Below, piece by piece: positions 36,542-45,800 of a stretch of 64,000 nt of DNA (positions are counted from its first letter, which is position 1; each line of letters opens with the position of its first letter). The stretch comes from a virus, in the IMG/VR virus record IMGVR_UViG_3300028920_000035, positions 1-64,000 of that record; one strand, given 5' to 3'. The notes beneath the pieces are model-generated. The model made no database searches, was not told the origin of the DNA, and saw only the letters and a list, made by a program, of their open reading frames with translations. Both the position numbers and the translations under genes were made by a program.

Positions 36542-39500
36542 ATGCCCAGAGGACCCTTTCAAGGCACATGGCGGCAAGGTATCCGCCCTACCGTCGCCCA
36601 CGCACCCGATGCTCTGGTCTACATCAACGGTGAGATGGACATCTTGGGATGCCCTCGGTGCCGACGGAGGTTCGACCTGAACAAGTACGTCACGAGCGTC
36701 CAGGTTGACTTGAACATCGACTCCCCCCCTGGAAGCGCATCCATTAATCTGAGCCTTCCGCGGCACACCATCGACGACTTCTATTTTGAGGGTACGCCCC
36801 TGATCACGCCTATGATGGAGGTCGAGATCTACATGAAGGGGTTTTTCCTGCTCGAAGGGGTTCCTCAGTACTATCCGACTTTCTGGGGGTTGGTGACCGA
36901 GGTCGAGGACTCCTACTCGGCGGGTGAACACACAGTCTCGATCAACTGCGCGGACATTTTGAAGTGGTGGGAGCTGTGCCGCATGAACATCAACCCGGCT
37001 TGGACGTCGGCGGTGCCCAACATCGGAGGTCGCAACCTGTTTGGGAATGTGTTTTATGGTATGAACCCCTACGACGTCATTTGGTCCTTGGCCCAGCAAA
37101 GTTTTGGGGATGTCGTCGTGGGCTCGGGCTCTCTCGTCTCGGTCTACAAGGAGAAGGCTCAGAAGCAGACCTTCAACACGGCGCTCGCAGACATCATGCT
37201 CTACTGGACCGAGCGCTTCAGTCGCATTCGCAACCGACTTCTGCTCTACGGCACCCAAGGGGTGGCCGTACGTGGCGACACCCTTTTTATGCGCTACCAG
37301 AAGCGGGGGGCCCAATCGGGCAAGCCTTTCGCATCGGCGGTCGTGCGAACCGCCAACGGCGGCAATAAGGGCAGCCAGATGGTGTTCGATCCGACCGACG
37401 AGAACGTGGTCGCGTTCCGCACCCAGTTCATGAACGCAGGTCAGGTGAATTTCTGGCAGAGCGAGTACCAGACGAAGCTGGAAATCGCGATGGCCGCCAA
37501 AGAAGCTATTGGCTTCGAGTTCTACATGGATGTGGACGGCAGCATCGTCTTCAAGCCACCGTTCTACAACCTCGACGTCCTCGGCAACAAGCCGGTGTCC
37601 TGGATCCAGGACATCGATATCATCGACTGGAGCCTGTCTGACAGCGACTCCGAGGTCGTGACCCAGGTCCAAATTCAAGGGTCGTTCGGTGGCAACATCG
37701 ATTACGGTATGAGCGAGGAAACCACCCCGTTTACCAGCGTCACAGACTACCACCTGCTCCGGAAGTATGGGTGGCGCCCCCAGACCTTCAACTCCGAGTT
37801 CATGGGCAGCCCGCAGCTCATGTTCTACGCGGGCCTTGACCTGATGGACCGCTACAATGCGCGCCGGTTTGGCGGGACCATCAACATTCCGTGCCGCCCC
37901 GAGTTGCGGTTGGGCTTCCCCGTCTATGTCGCCCCCAAGGACCAGATTTGGTACATCCAGGGGCTTAGCCACAACGTGCAGATGGGTGGGCGAGCCCAGA
38001 CGACCCTGACGCTCACGGCCAAACGAGAGAAATTCATCGCGCCTCGGGGGATCGGTTCGGTGCGGCTCACTGGGTATTCGACTGGCAAGGGTAAGGTTAC
38101 CGAGATCCCACAGAACCCGGCGGACGACATCGATCGGAAAGTCAAGAGCCTGACCACCCAGCAACTGGCTAAGGGTGGTCAGTTCGAGCTGAAGGTGGGG
38201 GAGGCTGCTGAGCTGCCTCCCATCAATCGGGACAACCCCAACTCCGATGCCTATGCACCCCTGATCTTGCGTCATCCCAAAACTGGACGCATCATGGGGT
38301 ATCCCAACGTCGTGATGGCCTACACCCGGCCATTCTCGAACGTCACCGACAACCAGTTCCTTCGAGCTGCGGGGCAGAAGCAGCTGGGAACGACCAACAA
38401 CGCAACGGGGAAGAAGCTCGACCGCCAGTTGAATGCTGCCTTGGCCGACACTGTGGATACCTTCAAGGGGATTGTCGAGGTCAACGACCGAGACCGCCTG
38501 TTGGAGATCCACTCGACCAACCGGTACGCGTACGGTCTCAATTCCGCAGGTGTGTACACCTATGCTCACGATGTGAGCGAGGTCATCAAGGAGATTCTGA
38601 TGATCGCTCGCAGCAAGATCACTTCGACCGATGTTGCGGGCAACGAGGGGAACTTCCTGACGAGCGACAAGGGCACTGCCATGATCCGTCCCGTTAGCGA
38701 TGAGCGAGGGTTCGAGATCGTCGGGCACTACAAATACGGGCGGGGCATCGCCTTGCGGGATGGGTCCCTTGTTCTGGCAGACGACCCCGGCCGCCCCAAC
38801 ATGAAGGCCAACGTGGACTTCCAGGCGGCTATCGGTGGCGACCTCCAGGAGATTCTGGAAGCACAGTCACAGGGACTCACGACGCTTTCGACGACTTATC
38901 CCAACCCTGCCGATGCCATCGCACGCATGGCACCTGAGGAGCTTCAGACGGCGGCGACCATCGAGCCTGACACGGGCAAGCCGGTCTTCACCGAGGTTCA
39001 GAAGAACTTCGTCGATGCCGCACCTTTGGGATCTCTTGCCAATGATGGGGTGCCCGTCAGCGTTGAGGCTGGTCAGCTCAGCAAGGCTCTGACCTTGGCC
39101 GAAATGAAGGCCCGAGAGGATGAGGCCCTACCAAACGAGGACTGTGAATGCCTGACGGGACGTGCCGACCTCGCTTTCATCAACGTGGGCTACCAGTTGG
39201 CTAGCCCCGTGGGGACGAGCGCCCCAGATACCGGCCAAATCCCAGGAGACGGACGGTCCGAATTTGGGACCCCTGATCTGCTTGTCGACGGGGGCGGCAA
39301 CCAGGTAGACATCCTGGGCGATTTCACGGCTCAGAGCGAGGCTATTCGAGCAGAAGAGCGGGAAGCCATCCTCAACGACCCTCGTGTCACTCTGGGCGAG
39401 ATCACGGAGAATGATGCCCAACGCATCGCTGATTCCAGGGCCAGCGAGCGCATCGCCGTGTTGGCAGGTGAGCAAGGAGTCAGCATCGCTAACCAACAGG

Positions 39501-40081
39501 TAGCAATGGCTGCCAGTGAGGGGCGGCCCATTCAGAGCATCGGGGCTCTTGGGCAGCAGCAGCTCTCCCGGGTGGACGATTTTCTGCTCGACCTCTACCG
39601 CACCCTCGACGATGCTCATCGGCAGTATGAGTCGGCTATCCGAGGCGAGACTCTTGACGTGCCCGGGCGTGACCCTCGAATCGTTCGCTTTGGGGATCCC
39701 ACGGACGTTCCGGGGGACCTTAGCCCCCCCTTCAACAAGGCGAGACGTTTGGGGGGTGACCTAGACGAGATCGTGTCTCAGGCGACGACGGCCCAGGACA
39801 ACCTCCGAAGCAACTGGGAGAACTTCGGTGAGACGCTCAAGGAAGAGACCAATACATCTCTCTACTCCGCCCGAATCGAGTCTAACCAACGCAAGCTTCA
39901 GCAGTTGCAAGAGGAGCGTGACCGCTTGAAAACGGCCAAGGCAACAGGCAGCACAATCATCACGGCCAAATCCGACCGGGGGCCTTCTTCTCAGTTGGAG
40001 CGGGTGGAAGCTCAGATCTCCAGGGTGGAGCAGGACATCGCACGGAATCAGCAGAAGCTGAACCAGGCTAGGAGTAGGTGA
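36542..40081 (+). CDS. Baseplate hub protein (gp27/gpD-like) with long extension
   Basis: 1179 aa; GSASINLS, FEFYMDVDGSIVFKPPFYN, RPELRLGFPVY...YIQGLSH...TTLTLT hub motifs. Confidence 0.75.
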   Translation: MPRGPFQGTWRQGIRPTVAHAPDALVYINGEMDILGCPRCRRRFDLNKYVTSVQVDLNIDSPPGSASINLSLPRHTIDDFYFEGTPLITPMMEVEIYMKGFFLLEGVPQYYPTFWGLVTEVEDSYSAGEHTVSINCADILKWWELCRMNINPAWTSAVPNIGGRNLFGNVFYGMNPYDVIWSLAQQSFGDVVVGSGSLVSVYKEKAQKQTFNTALADIMLYWTERFSRIRNRLLLYGTQGVAVRGDTLFMRYQKRGAQSGKPFASAVVRTANGGNKGSQMVFDPTDENVVAFRTQFMNAGQVNFWQSEYQTKLEIAMAAKEAIGFEFYMDVDGSIVFKPPFYNLDVLGNKPVSWIQDIDIIDWSLSDSDSEVVTQVQIQGSFGGNIDYGMSEETTPFTSVTDYHLLRKYGWRPQTFNSEFMGSPQLMFYAGLDLMDRYNARRFGGTINIPCRPELRLGFPVYVAPKDQIWYIQGLSHNVQMGGRAQTTLTLTAKREKFIAPRGIGSVRLTGYSTGKGKVTEIPQNPADDIDRKVKSLTTQQLAKGGQFELKVGEAAELPPINRDNPNSDAYAPLILRHPKTGRIMGYPNVVMAYTRPFSNVTDNQFLRAAGQKQLGTTNNATGKKLDRQLNAALADTVDTFKGIVEVNDRDRLLEIHSTNRYAYGLNSAGVYTYAHDVSEVIKEILMIARSKITSTDVAGNEGNFLTSDKGTAMIRPVSDERGFEIVGHYKYGRGIALRDGSLVLADDPGRPNMKANVDFQAAIGGDLQEILEAQSQGLTTLSTTYPNPADAIARMAPEELQTAATIEPDTGKPVFTEVQKNFVDAAPLGSLANDGVPVSVEAGQLSKALTLAEMKAREDEALPNEDCECLTGRADLAFINVGYQLASPVGTSAPDTGQIPGDGRSEFGTPDLLVDGGGNQVDILGDFTAQSEAIRAEEREAILNDPRVTLGEITENDAQRIADSRASERIAVLAGEQGVSIANQQVAMAASEGRPIQSIGALGQQQLSRVDDFLLDLYRTLDDAHRQYESAIRGETLDVPGRDPRIVRFGDPTDVPGDLSPPFNKARRLGGDLDEIVSQATTAQDNLRSNWENFGETLKEETNTSLYSARIESNQRKLQQLQEERDRLKTAKATGSTIITAKSDRGPSSQLERVEAQISRVEQDIARNQQKLNQARSR

Positions 40082-42249
40082 TGGCAGGACCTCGACGTAA
40101 GCACCCAGTTGGGCACGTGCCTTTCGACCGCTTCACTACAGGCGGTGATAACCTCTATTGGGGCACCAAGGTCGGCATCATCACCTACGTTGATGAGGTG
40201 AACATGAAGGCGAACGTGCGGGTGATCACGGGCGCCTCCGACCGTTTCGAGCTGGACTTGACTCAGGGCATGGCGGGCGCGCGGTCGTTCTGGGGTGGGG
40301 TTCCCGAAGAGGGCAGCGTCTGCATCATCGGGTATCGTCGGGTCAGCAAGCAGATCAAGGAAGCCGTCATCCTCGGATACATCCCTGTTGGGACCAAGAG
40401 CGGTGCCCGCTTCGATCCCTTCTCCCCTGTGGACCCTGACGATATCGACGAGGGTTCGAGCGAGGCCGTTGAGGACCTGTTCGGGAAGACCCGTCGCTAC
40501 AAGCGCCTCATGCTCAAGCCTGGTGATGTTGGCGGCATGAGTTCCAAAGGGTCAGAGCTGATCCTGAACGAAAACGTCACCCTGACCAACCGGGCTGGCG
40601 ACTTCATGGAGTTCCGGGACGCTGAGCGGGCCATCATCACCTCGACGGTTCACCGAATTGATTCGGTCAGTGGCGTGCGGATCTACTCAGGCCCGGTTCG
40701 ACGCAGTGCCTTCTACCTTCCCGATGACATCTTGCGTGAAGGGTCTCGGGTCCTCAAGGACGAGGGGGAGGGGTACTACGGACGGGATGAGTTGCAGACG
40801 GCGGGGTCGTCCATCGAACCGGGAGAGGCTCCCAACTATGCTCTTTCCGACGGCACCCTTCTGGAGACCTTCAACAACTACACCACGTTCCCACCTACGG
40901 TTTTGGGGAATGGGCGGTATGTTTACTACCCCCCCACGGTGGTGGGGGAGGACATCGAGGTCGATGACGCGATTGCTGATACCTACGTCGAACATCGGTT
41001 GGAGTTAAGCCAGACCAGCAACGCCAACCAAGAAGTGTTGGAGGAGATCGACGGGTTCCGTATGGACCGGCGGCGGGCCTATATCGAGCACGTCCTGGGG
41101 ACCGTAGTTGGCTACGACTACGATTCGTTGCGGGGGCAACGGCAGTACGCCCAGGTGCTCAAGCCGCGCATCTTCACAGATTTCAATTCGCGACAACGGG
41201 GCCGGTTCTCGATGGAACTGTGCAAGCGCCAGGCGACCGAGGACTACGAGCAAGAGACGGCGGCTGGGGCATTCCTCTTTCGAATCCGGCCCCCTCGCAA
41301 CAGCGGAGAGGATGCCTTCGTCACAGCGGTTTCCAAGCAAGGTAAGCTTTTTGTCAATGTCCCGAGCCCGAGCGTTGAGGACTACCCCAGCGGGGCCAAG
41401 AACGTCAGCGCTGAGGTCAACATGGCAGGCGCGCTCAAGGCGTTTTTGGGAGCATCTTTCCCCAACAACATCAGTCTCGACCTGACGTGCTTGGGCGGCA
41501 TTCGTGCAGATCTGGGGCACACTTCGACCGGTAACGCGGTCGAAGTGACCTATCGGTCTGGCGTCAAGACGACCGTGGCGACCACGACGCCTAACGATTC
41601 GGGGGTGGCTTCTGAAGAGAACGTCCAGGGGACCAAGCGGGTCAACATTACGGGGCTGCACCAGGAGCAAGCGGGTCGCAAGCATACCATCGTCGATGGG
41701 GCGGCTCGGGTAGATGCTGATCGGGTAGAGACCAACGCTCACTCGGGACTCACCCAGAACTGTGGTGAGCTGTCCTGTATGGTGAGCGGCAAGAGCCAGT
41801 ACAACTATGCCCTCCAGGTCCTGGAAAACATTGTTTTGGGGGGTAAGGTCACGACGGTGCTTGCAGGTGGGCTTGTGACCACCGTGGCGGCTGGTGCCAT
41901 CACCACGACCGCGGCGGCGGGAGCCATCGCGATGAGTGCGGCGGCGGGCGCGGTCAGCGTGGCAGCTGGTGCTGCTGTTAGCATCACGGCCGGCGCGGGG
42001 GCCACCATGACAGCGACGGGCGCTTTGGGGATGACCGCGGGGGGCGTTCTTTCAATGACGGCGTCGGGCGCTATTTCGGCCACGGCTGTATCTTTGACCG
42101 TTAATGCCGCCCAGGTGATGATTGGCTCCCCTGCGGCGGCGTTTGGGGTCGCACGGGGCACACCCATGATGCCCCCAGGCTCGCCCTCGCTCGATTGGAT
42201 CACTGGTTTGCCGTTGCAAGGGAGCGCCTCATTCCGGTCACTGCTGTAA
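40081..42249 (+). CDS. Baseplate central spike (gp5/gpV-like)
   Basis: N-terminal OB-fold (GIITYVDEVNMKANV...PEEGSVCIIGY); C-terminal Ala/Gly/Thr-rich ~8-residue beta-helix repeats. Confidence 0.75.
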   Translation: MAGPRRKHPVGHVPFDRFTTGGDNLYWGTKVGIITYVDEVNMKANVRVITGASDRFELDLTQGMAGARSFWGGVPEEGSVCIIGYRRVSKQIKEAVILGYIPVGTKSGARFDPFSPVDPDDIDEGSSEAVEDLFGKTRRYKRLMLKPGDVGGMSSKGSELILNENVTLTNRAGDFMEFRDAERAIITSTVHRIDSVSGVRIYSGPVRRSAFYLPDDILREGSRVLKDEGEGYYGRDELQTAGSSIEPGEAPNYALSDGTLLETFNNYTTFPPTVLGNGRYVYYPPTVVGEDIEVDDAIADTYVEHRLELSQTSNANQEVLEEIDGFRMDRRRAYIEHVLGTVVGYDYDSLRGQRQYAQVLKPRIFTDFNSRQRGRFSMELCKRQATEDYEQETAAGAFLFRIRPPRNSGEDAFVTAVSKQGKLFVNVPSPSVEDYPSGAKNVSAEVNMAGALKAFLGASFPNNISLDLTCLGGIRADLGHTSTGNAVEVTYRSGVKTTVATTTPNDSGVASEENVQGTKRVNITGLHQEQAGRKHTIVDGAARVDADRVETNAHSGLTQNCGELSCMVSGKSQYNYALQVLENIVLGGKVTTVLAGGLVTTVAAGAITTTAAAGAIAMSAAAGAVSVAAGAAVSITAGAGATMTATGALGMTAGGVLSMTASGAISATAVSLTVNAAQVMIGSPAAAFGVARGTPMMPPGSPSLDWITGLPLQGSASFRSLL

Positions 42250-42821
42250 TGCCCTACGCTCCTCCCCAAGTTACAGCCACACTGATTCCGCCGCTCTTGG
42301 CTTCGGCCATGATCGGGCCGGGGATGCCTAAGCTTGCTTTGGGTATTGCTACGGGGCTCGCCATTTGGGTACCCAAGATCAAGATCACTACCGTCGATGC
42401 TGGGACCGCGGGGGTGGGTGAAGGCGCCCCTGTCCCCATCCTTGTCCCTCAGCAGCTGCTCTACGCGAACATTCTGCTCGGGATGCGCTTCCAGAAGATT
42501 TTGGGCCCCCTAGCCCCAGTGTACGCCGTGGGGCTGTCCACCGGGTTGAGTCTGGCGTTCCTTCAGATGCTCACTTCGACTCAGCATCCCACCGTGGGTA
42601 CGGGCGCGGCGGTGGCCAAATTCGGGGCGCCCCCAGCGGCTCTGGACTTGCGCAAGGGATTTTCGGTTGTTGGTCTAGTTGGGGATGGAGTCAACAAGAA
42701 ATCCAAGGCTTTGGGTCAGGCGCTGGACCGCACTTTCAGTAGTCTTGTTTTGCCCGTGCCTATCGTAGGCCCACCATCACCGTCACCTAGTTCCGGCTCT
42801 GGGTTCGGGTCAATCATATGA
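42249..42821 (+). CDS. Hypothetical baseplate-associated protein (Gly/Pro/Ala-rich)
   Basis: 190 aa from ATG in TAATG overlap; follows the spike. Confidence 0.7.
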   Translation: MPYAPPQVTATLIPPLLASAMIGPGMPKLALGIATGLAIWVPKIKITTVDAGTAGVGEGAPVPILVPQQLLYANILLGMRFQKILGPLAPVYAVGLSTGLSLAFLQMLTSTQHPTVGTGAAVAKFGAPPAALDLRKGFSVVGLVGDGVNKKSKALGQALDRTFSSLVLPVPIVGPPSPSPSSGSGFGSII

Positions 42822-42834
42822 AGGATCGGATCGA

Positions 42835-45800
42835 ATGGGATTGCAGTTTGGCGGTTACGTTCTGGAGGCGCCCCGAGTAGGCCAACGGAATGCGGCTTTT
42901 ACTTGGACTCCAGACAACTACATCGCCGATCAGTCGGCTTTCGACGTTGCCTACCCGCAAGATCAGTCAGTGCCGCGCACTGACTACCTTGTGGTGGTGC
43001 TCCAGGATGGGGATCTGACCGATGCCGTGTTTGGGTGGACCAAGAACGAGGAGCTGTCGAGGTTCGACTACCAGGGCCAGCAGGGGGCCTTCCTGCCGCT
43101 TCCTGGTGGGCCCCCGGATGAGGTGGGGGTCCTCACCACAGACGCCAACACGACCCGCCTGAGCGTCCTGGCGCCCCAATTAAGCGATCTTGGGAGCTAT
43201 CCCGTGCGGATGGGTCTCGGGGCTTTGCCGGGGACCACCTTCACAGTGGCGCTCGTTTTGAATGATTCCCTGCTTAACAACCCCAGCCCCGCGATGGGGA
43301 CTGTCCAGATCTCGCAAGAATCGGGCGCACTTGGCTGGGCCCCCTCTGACCTGCTGACTTACGCAGGTCTCGACGTTTGGTTCCAACGCCAAACTTTCTT
43401 TAAGTTTGACGACCAGATGACCTTAGGAGAGATCGAGGAAGCTCTGGTTTTGAACCCGTTGCCTGCCACGGGTCAACATCCTCAAATCCGCATTGGCTTC
43501 CAGCCTTACCTGACAGCGGTAGAGGTCACTTCGTTTGGATCGCCCACCAGCGGAACGGTCGAGTGGGACCGCAACACAGGACAGTTGAACTTCAACACCA
43601 GTGACATCACGTCCAACCCAGGGGCCCCAGTCTACTACGACGGAGTTCTTTTAGCGGTTGACCTCACCGTCCAAATCTCGAACCACGGCACGGTGGGTTC
43701 CCCCGGGTCGGTTAGCCTCCCGCTGCCCCCCTATGCCAGCGATGTCTATTTCCGGGCAGTGGGGGTCCTCTCGACTCAGTTCTCCGAGACCGTTCGGAGC
43801 GACACAGCGGTGACTCCCAAGCGGGGCCAGGTCGTTTTGCTCGACAGTGGGGCTCTTTCCACATCCTCTGTTGACCAGTCGGTCTACGGATCTTCAACCC
43901 TTCAGATGGTCGTCCCCGACCTCACCGTCGAACGGGGGTTGAAGCTGCGACTCTTCCGCTCCCCGGGAGACCCAGGGGCCACCGACCCTTCTATCAAGGA
44001 CGTGTCGTCACTCTATTTCACGGAGAACGCCGTTCTGGCTGACCCGATCATTGCGTCCCCCCAGGTCGTTCTGCCGCAGACGCCCTTGGATAACATCAGC
44101 CTGGAGGTCAAGCTCTTTACCGAGTCGGGGGAGCAGGCGTTGGACCGTCTTGACGTGTTACCCCTTCCAGGTGGGTCGGAGGTTCTCGGCTACGTTCTCG
44201 ATTTCGAGGAACAGGCGTTGCTCTACGCACGGCTTCGGCGTGACGTGGAAGTTGACCCGGGGCAGACGTATACGATGGCCCAGCTCCCTGACGCTTTGAT
44301 TCGCCCACAGAATCTGTCCCTAGAATTGCAGGCAATTCCAGGGGGGTCCTACGTGGCGCTGGCTGAGGGGTCTGATTTCATCCTCGACTATTTGAGCGGC
44401 GTGGTGACTCTCACCCAGTCGTCGAGCGAGCTGGTTTCCAAGGGGACAGGTGCCACCTTGACGGGCACCACGCTCGTGGATCCCGATGGTACGCTTGTAG
44501 CCGATGGGGTTCAGCAAGGTGATGTCCTGTTGGTCCGATCGGGTGCGGCGGTAGGGGTTTACACGATCGACACCGTGGGTAGTGACCTTCTTGCCAACCT
44601 GGTCGAAACCGTTACCAACCCGGCTTCCAGTGTTGCCTACAAGATCTGGCGCGGATCCGAGACTTTGGTTGATCGGTATTGGCGCGAGATTCCGCCTGTG
44701 GACCCCAACACCAAGGTTGAGCGCTTGGTGAGCTTGGGATCCACACAAAACTCTCCTCGCCTGAGCATCCCTTTAGGGTTCATCAACCGTACGCGTTTTC
44801 GGTTCGGAACCGACCGATGGGCAACGCACGTTCTTCTGGTCTCGACCTTCTCACCCCCTGCGTCCTTACAACAGGGAAGAGTCGAGATCCTCGAAACTAC
44901 GGGAGAGCTGAACTTCTCGTCCCAAGACCTGGGGGAGACGGTGTTCTGGTCTCGGGAGTTGGTGCTCGGCACCGACTACAGCCTTCAACCCCCACTGGGG
45001 TTCATCGAGTTCTCTGAGCGTTTCTTGGAGAGCGAAGAGGCTTTTCTGACTTACGGGTACGTTGGGGAAGACGACTCAGTCACCATCATCGAAGAGCGAG
45101 CGGCATTCCTCGTTCGCAAGGAGATCTGCACCCACACGGGCTCTGACCGGGTGACCTTCAACCCCTTGGGTCGAGAGCTGGCAGAGGCGCCTACGGTCGA
45201 GGTTTTCCGTGGGGGCCGCCCTCAGCAAGTTGGAATACAGGTCGAAGTTGATCTGGATTCCTCGACCATCATCTTCCAGCCCGATAGTCAGGTGACCGAT
45301 GCTTTGCCCCATGGCAACGTTCTGGAGCCCGACGAGAACGTCTACATCGACTACTACATTCATCAGGCCATCGGCGGGGAGCGGGACGTCACTGTTATCC
45401 AACGACCCATGGCAGGGGTGACCATCGTCATTGACGATGAGGCCACCGAATTTACCCTTCAAGGTGACCGGACTTCCGACTTTCAGGCAGACCACTTGCT
45501 CCAGGTGGACGGGTCTCAGGTCTACATGATTGGTACTGTCACCTATGACAGTGGCGACGGCGTTACCACCGTCACTCTGGCAGGTGGGGCTTTCCGCGAC
45601 GACTTCCTCAACCCCCCACTAGTCACGACTTCTGGCCCTACGTCCTTGTCGTCGAGCCCCGGAAACCCCACCTACTTTATCGCCGAAGTGGCAGCCTTCA
45701 CGACTACGCCGAGGGGCTCGAACTTGGTCCGACTTGTAGGGGACCGGGCCTCCAGCTACGAGCAGGGGACCGTCATCCACTTCACGGGCGCAGGCGCCTA

